DNA of 64,000 nt from Phoronis australis (taxonomy: Eukaryota > Animalia > Phoronida), in contig NMRA01000001.1 of the NCBI GenBank assembly GCA_002633005.1, positions 2,711,695-2,775,694 on the forward strand, written 5' to 3'. This document shows positions 1 to 13,851 of this stretch, piece by piece. A program made the position numbers and the translations under genes. The notes under the pieces are model-generated. The model was not told the DNA's origin. It saw only the letters and a program-made list of their open reading frames with translations, and did no database searches. Position 1 is the first letter of the stretch, and every line of letters starts with the position of its first letter.

Positions 1-448
1 CGAAGAAGACGCCAGCGACGAGTGCTCACTCTTCTCAAACACACTGGCGCGGCCAGGAGTATGCTCAGGTGGGTGTCCACGCACGCGCACCGCACGCATA
101 GCCGTACGCCAGGGGATGCCCCGTGGTGCTGGCTCCTCTGCCCCAAGCGGCTGGATAGGGCGTGTCACCAAGCTGACCGTATGGGACCGCTTCCTGTTAC
201 CGACTGGCGTGACCTGTAATGCCGGGTAAACTTGTCACATTATATTATACTTGTCTGGGTGACATAAAGAAACAAACGAAGCATCAACGAACAATCGTAA
301 TTATACTGGCAGACTGTCAATGGTTCACGATGAGAGCAGTCAGTTGTTTTCTTTTACAAATATGCTAAATATAATCTTACATTGCATAAATATAACTGTA
401 CATCAGATTTTATGAAATACTGTTTCTCAAGATTGTGAGTATCAGCAT
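1..448. repeat. Near-identical second copy of 1266-1713 (part of CEP78 exon 10 plus upstream intron), ending at the N at 449
   Basis: Direct comparison at offset 1265. Two substitutions seen in the exon part, both synonymous. Confidence 0.9.
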
Positions 449-1082
449 NCATACTCCAAGATGTACAGTATGAAACGCAGTCAGTAAGTTTCTGTTCCCA
501 CACTAATTCAACAACTTGTTAATGTTACTCATACAAAATCAAGTACAAAAACACAACTCCAACAATCTCCATCAGAAGGAAAGCAGAATTCCAGCTCCTT
601 AATCACACAAACCATATTGGTGAAGCTAATTAACAAAACACAAGCCTGAACAGCAAATAACTGGTGAGTAAGAACCCAATATAGTTATTTCCTGAGAGAG
701 ATGGCAATTTGATGGGAAGATATGATGGCATGCTGCGATGTTTTGATGGAAGACACTAACATATGAGATTCCATTCATCGTGTTGTAAAGGGATGACTGA
801 CGTCAAGTACTATGAAAGTGGAATACTTTCATTTTTGTTTCGTGCGTTTTATGCTCAAAACAAGGGATAAATACAATGTTACACATTCTTGGCAGTTACT
901 TTTGCATCTAGACTCCTCATTGGACTTGGAAGCATTGCCACCCTCAGGGCTAGTACCTCATCGGATGATAATTCATCTAAATCCCACTCAAGGTCTAAAT
1001 ACGGTAAAAGTCAGCCTTATCATGTCATGATCTATGAATCTGGAATGTACACAAATCAAACTATTACACTATCCATGCATAC

Positions 1083-1478
1083 CTTCATATCTCTTATTGT
1101 CCTAGCCTCCCTCCTCCGTTCATCACGTATCCTGTCAGGCGTAGGTGTTCTCTCCCCTGTATCTCCTGTCACTTCATCCTCATCCATCACGCTACCAGAC
1201 TCCTCCTCCACGACCACGACACTGTGTCCATCCGCCTCACCAACGCGTGGAATCGATGTGGTCCCCGAAGAAGACGCCAGCGACGAGTGCTCACTCTTCT
1301 CAAACACGCTGGCGCGGCCAGGAGTATGCTCAGGTGGGTGTCCACGCACGCGCACCGCACGCATAGCCGTACGCCAGGGGATGCCCCGTGGTGCTGGCTC
1401 CTCTGCCCCAAGCGGCTGGATAGGGCGCGTCACCAAGCTGACCGTATGGGACCGCTTCCTGTTACCGACTGGCGTGAC
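1083..1478 (-). CDS. CEP78: CEP78 coding exon 10 (VTPVGNRKR..GIPWRTAMRAVRVRGHP..TIRDMK); gene continues beyond the left edge
   Basis: Acceptor attacag, donor AAG|gtatgc, 132 open codons. PWRTAxRA motif as in CEP78 PWRTAERA. Confidence 0.85.
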
Positions 1479-2017
1479 CTGTAATGCCGGGTAAACTTGT
1501 CACATTATATTATACTTGTCTGGGTGACATAAAGAAACAAACGAAGCATCAACGAACAATCGTAATTATACTGGCAGACTGTCAATGGTTCACGATGAGA
1601 GCAGTCAGTTGTTTTCTTTTACAAATATGCTAAATATAATCTTACATTGCATAAATATAACTGTACATCAGATTTTATGAAATACTGTTTCTCAAGATTG
1701 TGAGTATCAGCATTTTCAAGTAGCCATTGATAGTTCCTTATGAAGCCAATGTTACTGAAATAAAACTATAAGATTTATCAATCTAACAACATTGTGTTAT
1801 GAGAGTAACACAGAGGGGGTATAGTACACACAGATTCTGTTGTCAACAACAAAAACAACATGCAACCTAAAATGTGCCTCACTTGAAACTAAGCTCACGT
1901 CAACAAAAATTGATGACTACACCTTTGTAAACGAGAAAGGCAGGAAATTCTCTGACATTCTCCTACAACTAAAACAAGGTCATCATAAGTTGAGAACAAC
2001 AAAATGAGTTCCATTAC

Positions 2018-2134
2018 TTTTATCGATGTTTTTCTGCCATATGAGCTGTCCAGGGTTTTGGTACGTTTCTTTTTAATGAAGGACTTAATTTTCGTGACCG
2101 GGTCTTTGGGTGCCTCAGCGCGAATCCACTTGAA
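2018..2134 (-). CDS. CEP78: CEP78 coding exon 9 (FKWIRAEAPKDPVTKIKSFIKKKRTKTLDSSYGRKTSIK)
   Basis: Acceptor ttttttctacag, donor AAA|gtaatg, 117 nt, phase 0. Similar to YQWI..KEP..KRRT..GKATIR. Confidence 0.83.
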
Positions 2135-2549
2135 CTGTAGAAAAAAAACACAATTGGCAAGAATGGAAATAATAGTGTTTAGCAAAGAAAATCATCGCCA
2201 CAACCAAATTGTGAAATATTTTATAAGAAGAAGTTTATAGCAACATCACGTTAATTTTACAACAAATATAAAAGAGATTGGCCTTGCAATTTCAGTCCAT
2301 CCGCGTAATTGAATATCGGTCTGCCATTTGCATTTTTACATGTTATGAGCTTGTAAGATGCCCACTTCTTATCGCTACTGCCGACTAGATTGTGAATATT
2401 TGCATAATTCAGTAAAAGATTTTCTTTTGAACATAACTAATCAGATGGGGAGCATTACACGTATTATCATTTTTTGTAAGTGAATTCCTGTGATACTCAG
2501 AACTGTCACACTACACTGCTGACATCTATAGTCACACAGTTGTACTAAC

Positions 2550-2614
2550 CTCTGTGTCCTGTCCATTGCAGTTGATCATCACCTGTTCAAGGATGCTCTG
2601 TAGCATACTGTGCT
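2550..2614 (-). CDS. CEP78: CEP78 coding exon 8 (EHSMLQSILEQVMINCNGQDTE)
   Basis: Acceptor ttcacag, donor GAG|gttagt. Phase fits. Similar to DHSMMKAVIKKVLQN. Confidence 0.85.
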
Positions 2615-3011
2615 CTGTGAACAACGAAGGAACACAAACGTTACAAATGTACCCATGGCAGTTATATCTCACTGCCCAACAGTGAAAATTTGACAGCTTG
2701 GTGATTGTGCGGGGGTTTTCAGAAGATGTGTAAAATTCAATCAATACAAGAATGCACAGCGCTGCCCATCAATTACTCTGTCATGATCTAGTAGCAAGAC
2801 ACATCACGTCGCCGTTGTACCAGGAAATTGTTAATTCTTGTAATAATATGTAGAAAATTCCCCCTTGATAATAATTACTAAAAGGCAGAGTTTATACCTT
2901 TATTCCAATAGCCCTTTAATACAGAACGTAGTACTCCTCATGTACCTTTAGTGATAACCGCAGTACCACTGAACAATAATCTAAAAGACATTTTCCATAA
3001 ATCTTTTTCAC

Positions 3012-3326
3012 TCAAAGCTACATTTCGCCCTGTTTAGCTGGTTAAAAAAGAAAATCGGATTAGATCATTTATTTTCATAAAATCATAAAATAATATCCCA
3101 TACTGTGATAGGATTCTACTTCTGGTACCAGCAAGAAAATTGGAAGCACCAGTGACTCAAGAAAATGCTTCAGAGTTTATTGGGGTTGGACAACCCTGAA
3201 ATTATTAATTTGAAATTGCTTGCGGCTTAATTTGGTATCATGGTAAGGAATATTTTATGAGATTGAAGTGTGACGTAACTTGATTTTCATTTTCAGCCAG
3301 CTTAACTAGGCACAATGCAGCTTTAA
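3012..3326. mobile_element. Palindromic MITE family; other copies ~20760-21127 and partial ~49690-49830
   Basis: Ends AAAGCTACATT..CTGTTTAGCTGG / CCAGCTTAAC..AATGCAGCTTTAA. Shared TATCATGGTAAGGAATAT core. Confidence 0.6.
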
Positions 3327-4524
3327 AGAGACTGTATCCATCTAACAAGTCTATACGTGTTGTATCTGAAAGTTCGCAGTAACGTAAACATCCGACTCCA
3401 CTGGAAGAAGCAGGTGGCCAGATACCTGAATTGCATGGGACATGGGCAGGCCACATGACGTTTTCCCATTCAGTGACTTTACCAGACGTAGAGGGTGGTG
3501 AGCGAGTGATAACATCAAGCTTCTTTGTTAACTGCCAAGCAGTCTTTTGTGTGGTATGACAACAGGCAGCCCAATTATCTACCAGGCTTATTACAGACCA
3601 CATGTGAACACAGTCAAAGCCAGAGCGAATTGATATGTTCGGAAAGAATAGATTGTCGTAACTTCGGTTGTAGTTGGGCAACTTTGGCAATTCAAATACT
3701 AAACATGATCACCATTTGACGAGGATTTCAGAAATGCCATTGGTTTATGTTCAAATGTGTTATAACTTAACTTTTATTCTTAACAGCATAGCCTAGTCAG
3801 GCTAGATATGATCTTATTGGAGATTAGAGCAATTATTGAACAAAAGAGAGCTGGCCCTCCAACCATAAACGCCAGAATGGAGTTAATCAGTGGTGTAAGA
3901 TATTGGCTACAGGGGTCATCTTCCCAACTTGTTGTTGGGCTATAGAATCAAACAAGTTGGAAGCAATGGGAAAACTCCGCAATGACATAGGTTGGGCCCA
4001 ACACACAAAACATTTGATTTGAAACACATAAGAACCCTATTATGTATATATGTAGTCACTGGGATCTTCCCGAGACAGTTGCAGAAGTATGTAGCTGTGA
4101 GTCACATTCATCTGCTACAGGAACTCATTTGAACCAAGCTACTGTACACAGATAGCGTCCACAACCACCACTGTTCCACTTGTCTGGTCACCTCACTTAA
4201 CCCTCCATCCTCAAGGATCAGTGATTCCACAGAGCAAGTTTCACTTCTGTTCATGCCAATACAAGTACTATCAAACACAGTCAATCTCTGTATTACAAAA
4301 ACCGGGGATTTCCCGACGCCTCCACTGTTTTGATCCCATAGGATGACGATGTAAATCCCACAGCATTACAATACCATTAGCTCTGGGTTTCATGGTCGAT
4401 ATATCTTATTCATGCACCAATACCAGGAAGCAAAGACTAAAAATACATTTAGTTTACTTCAGCCCTGATACCGCTACTGTATTTGTAATTGACCAGATTT
4501 TCCTTAAGAATGCACAGAAGGATA

Positions 4525-4678
4525 CCATACACATTAGAATGACCCATACACGCTAGGATGACCCATATACATAAGGATGACCCGTACACATTGGATGACC
4601 CATACAAGTTAGGATGACCCATACGCATAATAGTGATCTATACACATTTAAGTGACCCATACATATTAGGATGATCCG
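4525..4678. repeat. Minisatellite, ~19-bp unit (TAGGATGACCCATACACAT), ~8 copies
   Basis: GATGACCC recurs every 18-19 bp. Confidence 0.85.
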
Positions 4679-5076
4679 TCAAATGTCATGCCGAGAGGAA
4701 AGTAAGCCTTTTTGGCAACGGTTTTATTGAAAAAAAAATTACTAACATTTATTCAGGTTCTGGTTGAAAGTAGACCCACCAACACTAACTCACTTAAACC
4801 AATAATTACAAAAGAACCCCGAGGTTCTTCAGCTAAGGATGCCCATGGTACGCAAAGTAATTATTTGCCTTTGAGAAAATTCTACTTTCTTGTTTGCAAC
4901 TGTCATTAAACAAAAACGTATTAATCTTTTGAAAAGGGAAAAATGTAATTTTAGGACAATTATTTTCATCCCAAATAGGAGAATATTTACTGTAGAGATG
5001 GTTATTTTAAAATTATTTAATATCCAGATCCTTAAGCAATGTCTCAGTAAATAACAAGACGTGAATGAGAGCTCAC

Positions 5077-5190
5077 CAACGAGATAGTTCTGTCGTACAT
5101 CGAGCACCACCAGGGTTGTGTTGAACCTGAGCACGTCGAGCAGGGCACGCGCACCAACATTGGACAGGCCACACTGCTGGAGGTCCAGGG
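5077..5190 (-). CDS. CEP78: CEP78 coding exon 7 ([38 protein letters not shown])
   Basis: Close to CEP78 [32 protein letters not shown]. Acceptor ttctctag, donor G|gtgagc. Confidence 0.95.
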
Positions 5191-5755
5191 CTAGAGAACA
5201 AGCAGAGGTCACACACGATTAGAGGAAATACCGTGGTACAGCTATAGTATCCTTTCAGATAAACTCCCACATTCAGTTTAAGGTACGCTCTAGAGGTTCT
5301 CAAATTTTAAAACCTAAAGCCACACGCAACGCCATCTTTTGTTCATGTTTTGAGGTGTAACTCTTTGTTTTAGCTTTTGATAGGATGAGTTAGCACACTT
5401 AATTACACATAAAAACAAAATAAAAAGAACTAAACACTACGGTAACTTGTATGATTTCTGTGTGCAGTTTACCATTTTGGTCCGAGTTCATTAATGATGC
5501 ATGGGATTTTATGAGACCGTGTGTATTGTCGTGGTATTTGATTTAACATTCAACCCTTGATGTTTATATGACTTAAACATCCTGGACACTGACTTGAATT
5601 GCTGCAGACGTACATGTTTTAACCAAATCGGCTTCTTAAATTCAGCTGAACTCATTGTGAATAGAACTTGAAATGGAACATTTGTATACATTATGGTACT
5701 AAAAATCATGAAGTAATAACGAAACATGTTGTCCAAATCGAAACGACTTCGATAC

Positions 5756-5930
5756 CTTTCAACCACAAGTCATCTTTGAGAGCTTCAGCAAGCAGCAGCG
5801 CCCCCTTGTCACCAATCAGCGGGTTACTGTTGACTGTGATACGTCGTATACCGGACATTCGGTCGAGGTCCGGCCGGCGGTATCGTAAACTGTCTCGCCA
5901 CGCCTCATTATGACGCTTCATTGCCTGGTG
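5756..5930 (-). CDS. CEP78: CEP78 coding exon 6 (HQAMKRHNEAWRDSLRYRRPDLDRMSGIRRITVNSNPLIGDKGALLLAEALKDDLWLK)
   Basis: Contains the hallmark SLRYRRPDLD motif. Acceptor tttccag, donor G|gtatc. Joins exon 5 in phase 0 across a 36.7 kb intron. Confidence 0.95.
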
Positions 5931-6359
5931 CTGGAAACAGACAACCAACACGTAAATGCGGAAGCCAGTTACTTTTATCTCAGCTCATACCTACCAAGCA
6001 ATCGCAGCAATTGTTTTTGGCAACATGAAACCCGTAAGTTCACATAGCTATATACAAAAGAAGAGCACCAAACCTTGCCAAAATAATGAGTAACTGAGTC
6101 TAATTTTGATACCATAGACCAAATTGAAGGCACAATGAGTTTGATAGAAATCACTCCCACTTCATGGCAGACAATAAAGTGGCTATCACCTTGGGACACA
6201 ATATGGCTGAAACATGCAATATTTCCTAAGTTCAAGTCACCCAAAAATAAGAAAAAGCAAAGTAGTCACCCTTTTAAAAATCAAAACATGGCAATTCCAG
6301 CAATTTCTGTCCCAAATAGAATTTTTAATGTATGCAAGTCTACATCACATACTAAGTTC

Positions 6360-6532
6360 GTTGAACCACACCCATTTCCTGATCTCGACACACCAGTAGT
6401 AATCGCTGAACCACCGTCCCATTCCTGATCTTGATACATTAGTGGCAATCACTGAACCAAACACATTTCCTGATTTCGATACACCAGTAGTAATCATTGA
6501 CCCACACCCACTTCTTGATTTCGATACACCAT
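6360..6532. repeat. Tandem repeat, ~45-bp unit, ~4 copies
   Basis: GAACCACACCCATTTCCTGATYTCGATACACCAGTAGTAATC recurs. Confidence 0.85.
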
Positions 6533-9500
6533 TAAAGTAGAAATCACGAAGACAATCGCATAATTTTTGTCCATTAGGAACTAAAATCATGTTCAACTGT
6601 GGAATTTAGTGAGAAGGCAGATGTCTGATCAGAAGGCAGAACCGTCGCACAAAGGCATCCTATCGGACTCTTATGACTAATTAACATAACACAAGCAAAA
6701 TATTAATACTCCGGCCAATCATGTGCGATCATCATGGGTGAACACAGCCTAACCACAAGTTACGTACATTGCTCAGGCCTGTTTCATTCAGTAAAACACC
6801 GGAACTTTACGACTTAAAGGCTTTGTCCACTTCACAACCAAGGTTTCAAGCATAGTTTGATTTACGACAAAAACACCACGACATCTACAGGTAAGAAACC
6901 GTAGTGCGAAATTAGCAGATCTTAGTTTGTAGATGAGGAAAAAACAGCCTAGAATTGCACAGACTTTCATGAATGCCTCCAGACCACTTGACTACTGTTA
7001 GAAAACCCAGCAATTTTCATTTTTAACGAAACCAGGCTGCGGGTTATCACCCCATCAAATAAAACGCACTCTTCTCATGCGCACAATTGATACAAAGTTT
7101 CCTGTTCGGTGCAATTTGAGCTATCTGCATAAGTAATACAAGGATGTCAAGAGACTGATGTCCTCTGGTATTTCTTTACATCCGTTTGGAAGTTTTGTTT
7201 CAGATTATATCCACCAAATATTGATTGACTACCTAAAGAATCAACACCTAATGTGTTCAAATCAACCAGTTCCACAAAAATGTTCCGTCTCCGCCTGCGT
7301 TAAAGCAAACAGTGATGATCAAAACTTATAACTTTTTTCATTTAGTGAAACACCAATTAAAGTTACAACTGGCATTAGACTCACGACCAAAAATTGTAAG
7401 TTTTTTCAGTGAAATAGGTCTTTTCAGTGAAGATAGCCTTTTCACATTGAGAAGTAAAACCTGCCATCTGATTTGGGGGCGGACAATAATAATGCAGATC
7501 AGACTTCTGATAAGCGTTCACATGTGAAGTTTTTCAGCAAATAATACGTCCAATCGGCTCACTGATTGGATGCATGTATATGCTGTACTAAAACTGCTTG
7601 CTTCACATGTGAAAATGTGCATGTCATTGCCCTCTGCTAAGTATAGACTTACGTTCATGTAATTTACAGAGGACATTATAGGTGCCTCGGCTAATTTGCT
7701 GAGCGTATAAACTGCATTTTTGAAAATGGAATTTCCAAAGATATCCCATTTTAACCAGTTCTTACACCATTTGGTAGGAAAGTAGTTTGAGAACGAATCC
7801 TTCACAGTCACTCCATGATATAAATGGGAAAGAAGATTGCAATCAGACAAATCACACGTCCAACACGGCGTACACGCAAGACGACGTTCAATTAATTATC
7901 TTTACTCCTCCAACTCTCACATGTACAGTACTGTGCTAAACGAAATTATCACGTAATGCGGCTGCACATTTGGAAAACAATGTCTTTTTAACAAGCAATT
8001 CCCCTAGTACGTGTCGCACAAAGTAAATGCAATTATCACCACTTTGACGACAAATAAGAAAGTCCTTTGTGAAGGAAGAAAGTACTAAACACAACAATTA
8101 GTGGAACCAAATCACATCATGGGTCTATGTCATCTAGACAAACTTTGCATAATGAAGATAATTATGCTGACGAAACCTCAACAAGTTGCCAAAGGCATGA
8201 AGCTTTGTGGCATTTGTCACGATTAACAGTCGAGTCATGTATTTTTGACATCCATCTGTCATGTATTTTTTGAAGTTGAAATGACAAGATAAGTTCATCT
8301 ACAGACTAAGCGATTTCCCAAATGAGAAATATTATGAACGATGAGCGAAGCGACATATATCAAAAACATTCCCACAGAACACTGTGAGGAGACAACACAG
8401 AAGCATCATGTTAGATGATATGTGTACCTAAAAGGACAAAGGATTGATCAAAATTTGCAGAATGTAACTTATTCAAATTACTGTGTGTTCAAATAGCGAG
8501 AAATCCATACTTAATGGATCAGTGACAAAAGTACCAAAAGCCAAAAAAATAATGATCCTTACTCAAGAAAATTTCAAAATAAAATACTCTATATTAGAAG
8601 ATGGTAATTGAAAAGCATAGGCCTTTCTTGTGGCATTATTTACATCAGTGAAAGTAACTTCAATTTATAAGAAAAAATATCAAAGTGACTTGACTACAGT
8701 ACAAAGTTCTGGAATTATTTCCATGCACGTGTTTCTTTCTATAACAAAGGTATGTCAAAAATATTACAAAAATGCGACCACCTGTAGTGAAGGTGGTGTG
8801 TTACATTAAGCGATGAACATATGGCAATACATTCGTGGAATTCACAGAATCTCTTACTGATTTAGTTTCCAGCAGCACAAAATAGTCACTTGCTATCAAG
8901 CTATGATTTGAACAATGGCTATTTTCCCAGAAAGCAAGAAACAAGGTAGACTGTCTAATCGATCCAGCCACTTTCAAACAATGCTGACAAATGTCGTTAT
9001 TTCCAAGTCACATGCTAAGGCTCATACCTCATTCACATTCAATAATTAAAATCCTTTAATGCAAACTTCCTGAAACTATCATAATAATTTCTGGGAATTA
9101 TCAGAAGCCTTACAAATAGCTTTGATGGTTCGCATCAATTGTTGAGACAGAGAAACAGAAGCAAAGCCTTGTAAACAAATAGTAACTACTCTGGCTCATT
9201 AAGCCGAGCCCAGGGCTTATGGCAATCCCCTGATTGCGAGTCAATAGCATTAGTGCTGATAAGCCAGTTAGAGAAAGTTCTCTTCTCCAAGACTGGTCAT
9301 GACAGGGACGTCAATCCAAAGAAATCGAATATTGGCAGAGCCAAAGTAAATGAATGTAATAAAGAGGGGCCAAAAGACAGTCTGAATCATAATACGTGTT
9401 CTAAGGAATGCCAGGGAAAGAGCTTAAACACTAATATTATCATTCCTTGGAGCTTAGAAATTCTGCGGACTCTTAAGTTTGGATGAGTGGAAAATATATT

Positions 9501-10732
9501 ATTTTGCTCAAGGTCAGAGCTTGTCGTCTCAAATTCAAGACTAACAATCAACGACAAAGAATCCTTCATCTCTGAAGGTACACACTATGGAGAGGGACAA
9601 AACATTCCTTCTGCTGGTAATTTTAATGACTTTACAACCTGTCAACTCCACTCTCTAGATTCTGTTGATACAAAATGTAGTGTCCAGTACTAGAAACACA
9701 TGAACGCAATATCACCCATGTTCCAAACTTCAGAATCAGCAAAAAAATTAACTTCGAACTGAATTTTGATGAACAAATTTTAGAGACTTGAGAATTTTTA
9801 CCACAGAACCAACAATCCGTCAATTAAATCCAGGACAGTCTTCAACTAAGCACAAATCGAACTATCAGAAAAGGATAGTTTTCATAGTTTTTGATATGAG
9901 TAATACGCTCCTTTTTAAAAACGTTTCCTAATTGTCAGCTCTATCATCTAGCATTTCTTATCCAACCCAACATGTTTTTCTCAATGTCATGGACATGGCC
10001 CATAGTGTTCAGTGAAACTCTCTCATTTTCCAATCTAACGAAGAATATACATATTCCTCCTCATAAGCATCTACATTCGGCAAATCAACACGGCTATATG
10101 TTCAACAAATTCACCTGCGAGCGCCAATATTCTGCTGAATACCTAGCCTCTGATTTGCTGTTCCCTAACTTAAACACTTTCATTACAAAACCAAACGGAT
10201 TTGGTAATAACAAGATAGCCATTTATAAAAATTCAAGTAAGGAATGATTATTCTAACAACTGAAAATAAAGTCCGAGTAACCGTCTTAACTTTTTAGGAT
10301 AACCTTGAAAGTGAGCAGATTTTAAATGTAATCTATGATGCTCAATCTGATACATCAGTTGGCAAACAGAATCGCTTTCACTGATAAATACACACATATT
10401 GACAGGTAAAGAGTATCCCAATCAGATTAATTTGAAGATAAGATTATAATGAAACAGGACATTTAGGTAGTACTGACACTGTTGCTGTATTTAAATTCAA
10501 CCACGTTCCCATAGCTCTAGACTAGCTACAGGCATACCACGTAGTAATTTTCCGAGGGAAGTATGAACTCAGGAATGTTGACCATTCAAATGAATTTAAA
10601 GCGCAGCATAACCGATTTTGGGTAGTTGTCCAGCATAAATATATCTTGTCACATTCCCCGGCAAGTTATTTGAACGTGGCCGCAGATGCAGCATTTACTG
10701 AACTGCTGACGAATCCAGAACATAACTGTTAT

Positions 10733-10813
10733 TTTTTGTGGGACCCATTGATTATAATGACTCGCACAGTATTTTGTGGGACCCATTGATTATAATGACT
10801 CACACAGTATTTT
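10733..10813. repeat. Short local duplication (~37 bp x2); others at 20421-20465, 24858-24944 and 28211-28256
   Basis: TTTTGTGGGACCCATTGATTATAATGACTCRCACAGTA repeated directly. Confidence 0.85.
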
Positions 10814-11286
10814 TCACACACAACTGAAAACCCAACAGTCCTGGAAGGGCACAAAATGACTTACAAAATGTACCATGTTCTATCAGAAGCACATATTCCT
10901 ATGTTGAGTTACCCAACGTACTTCAACAGTACTGCACAACACCCCAGAAAGAACGTTCAACTTTTTGATTACTAAATAATAACAACTTACGCACCGATCA
11001 CATTTACAAGGTGAGTCTTAGGCAGTCTTCGCAACTGAAAATCCAAACGTATTGGAAGGCCATTCCAACATGTCAGGCGAATTTCAAACGTATTGTAGCT
11101 GCCAAATGGGTAGGGGCGACCCGCTAAAGCAGATCGTGGTGGACATTGCCTTTTCATGCATTTGTCGAACAGTATCGCAGCAACTCAACTGACAATCTCA
11201 AGACTCAGCCTGGTTTCAAGCTGGCTACTGACTGACCCACCAGAATACAAGTTACAAGTTGAGACCAATTTTGAAGCGGTTAGCGG

Positions 11287-11774
11287 CAGGCCTTTATCCA
11301 TGATTTCGAAAATAGGGTGTCCAAAATGGGGTTCCCAATATTCCAGGGTGTCCATGATTCTGACACGTAACCCCCCACCACAAGCAATCCCCCAGACACA
11401 TACATTTTTTTACAAAAAATGCATAGACCAAGGTTTTTACATTTAAGTTTACAAAACAGCCTTCTGTAGTGAGCATTTTTACTAAAAAAACTGTAGACCA
11501 AGACTTTTACAATGGTATCAACCAAGTGTGAGCATAGCAACATTGTATATACTTTGTATATACATTGTATATTTCTTTCTGCTTTGAAAAAACAGCCCCC
11601 ACTGTGAGCCTTCAGAGGCTTCCTAGTATTCATTACAATGTGCGAGTCCAAACTTGAAAGGTTCCTATTGACAGTGGGCGTTCAAATGATACATTGGGCG
11701 TCCTTGCCAGGGCTTCCAGAGTAGTGCTAGGGTGTCAGTTTGGACGCCCAGGACCTAGGCTGCATAAAGGCCTG
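11287..11774. mobile_element. Non-autonomous hAT element (MITE)
   Basis: TIRs CAGGCCTTTATCCA / TGCATAAAGGCCTG (13/14). Exact 8-bp TSD GTTAGCGG at 11279-11286 and 11775-11782. Confidence 0.9.
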
Positions 11775-12637
11775 GTTAGCGGTCTAAACCGAAAGTTTGC
11801 TTCAAAGAAAGAACACGGGTTTATAGCACAATAAATTCTGTAAAAACAAGTCTTGTCATTTTAAGGTTATGTAGTACCCTAAAAATATCCAAACTTAGCT
11901 AACTTGGAACGTCGCATCTCAAAAATGACTAATTGGGTTCAAATGAAACTTTAGATTCCGTGCTTTCTGCTCTGATTTTCCGTTCTGTTGGGGATTGTTT
12001 TTAATAAACTGACCCACTCTTGCAAGATAGGAAATCAAGCAATTGGGCTTTTAAGATTTTATGAAAAAAATCAGAAGTGTATATAAAACGAAATACTTTA
12101 GAAAACTGCAACTGTGTTTTTAAGATTTCATCCTCAACATTTACATCAAATGAAATTTGATCACATTACTGATGTCGCTGGTTTGCTATCAACGTACTTT
12201 TCTTTTTTTGCTAAATTTCCCTAAAGAGACGAGGTCATGTGACCCAATCAAGGGCACATTGGTACAAAGGCAAAAATCAAATTGTATAGACTTCATACTA
12301 ATGGGTACTTTTAAGTTTTGCTGAGCTAAATTTTGCATGTATAAGGCTGTAAGTAGAGACTTTTCGATCTAAGTTCCTACAAAACCATAATGGAAATTTA
12401 AACCGTGTACATGGCAATGCAGCTTCTGTAATGGCATTGCTGAGTCCAAGAATGCATTACTTGCCATCAATGAATAGAGAATTAATATCATTTCTGCACA
12501 ATTTCATTCCAGTTGCTAAGTCAATTAGTTCAGCTATGCATGTTATAGGGAATAGAAAATAATCTAATTGCGCACACTGCTTATGGCCTGAAACCTTATT
12601 AGCAATTAGAGGACGATACACAACTGAACAAATTTAT

Positions 12638-13851
12638 TACCGGGTTTTCCGTAGATAAGCACCTGGGCGTGTTTTCGGAAAATGAAAATTTCCAGACACT
12701 TTAAGAACACCAATAAACGCCCGGGCATTTATTCGGAAAGGGGGCGCGTTTAAACGTAAAGTCATAATTTTAACAACGTAAATACCAGCACGAAGCGCGA
12801 TATGTATTTTTGTAAGTGAATCTTGTATAGCAGCTTATCAATTTTTGCAATATCTGCCAAGCGGGACAAGAAATTGTATGTGCATGACATTTCTAGACAT
12901 CCTTGTGACAAAGATGACAATTATACCCAAAGTCACTCAACAGAAAATGTATGAACTTCGGCCGGCTTGAATACTCGGCCACCTCGTATTGTGAAAAAAT
13001 AACAAATTCGAACCAGTTCTTTTGGTATGTGCCCCACCGTAAATCCGTCTTTGACTACTACCATGCTTTTCCGATCAAGCGTGTAACCAACAATATTGAA
13101 GTACAGGTAGGGGATCCATGAACGAGTCACTTATGATGCAACTGTTACATACAGACAGTAATGATGAGGCGAGGTCCTTATTTCAACACTGACAAACCTG
13201 TTTTGTATGGACGCACATCGGAGCCACGGTGCAGAAACTGTATCCGCAGAGTTTCGAAAATTGAATATCAGCGTGAAGATAATTCGAGCCGGAATGGTCT
13301 ATTTCCTTCAGCCACTTGAAGATGATAACGCTCGTTCAAAGCTAGATTGCAAGAGCAATATCAGTTTTGGCTTGAAAACGGCGAGAAAGAATATAAACCC
13401 CTAGATGGTATCGCTGCCGCCCATCCTACAAGAATTTCTCCTGGAATCTCAATCTTCAGTCATGCGACAAATCCCGCAAAACATCAGAATCAGAGCGTTT
13501 GAATGTGGAGGTATAGCTGGTTATGGGCAAATGGTCTCTACCTTATGAAAACATTGACATGGACTGAGTACACGTAGATTAAGAGGTTTAATGACTGATT
13601 TTTACTTAGACTGTTTTTAAAAATTTTATGTTAATAAATGCATAGTTCGGTAACACTTTGCTCGTTTTTATAAATAATAAATGCTCCACGAAACTGAATT
13701 TGTGACTAGAAGTTGACCCTAAGTGAGTTTTTAAGAGGAAATTTTCGAATTAAACCACCACTATCTAGACACTTGACATGAGAAGTTGCTACACCAAATA
13801 AACGCCCATAGACGTTTCATCGGGTGGGCTTATCTATGGAAAACCCTGGTA
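12638..13851. mobile_element. TA-flanked TIR element (Tc1/mariner-pogo-like) with a decayed HIRAN-like fragment
   Basis: Ends TACCGGGTTTTCCGTAGATAAGC / GCTTATCTATGGAAAACCCTGGTA. Internal peptide VVKDGFTVGHIPKELVRICYFF..RGG. Confidence 0.7.

Noticed and set aside
889-1494. 201-aa plus-strand ORF and overlapping short ORFs
   Set aside because: Antisense shadow of GC-rich CEP78 exon 10; no independent signals.
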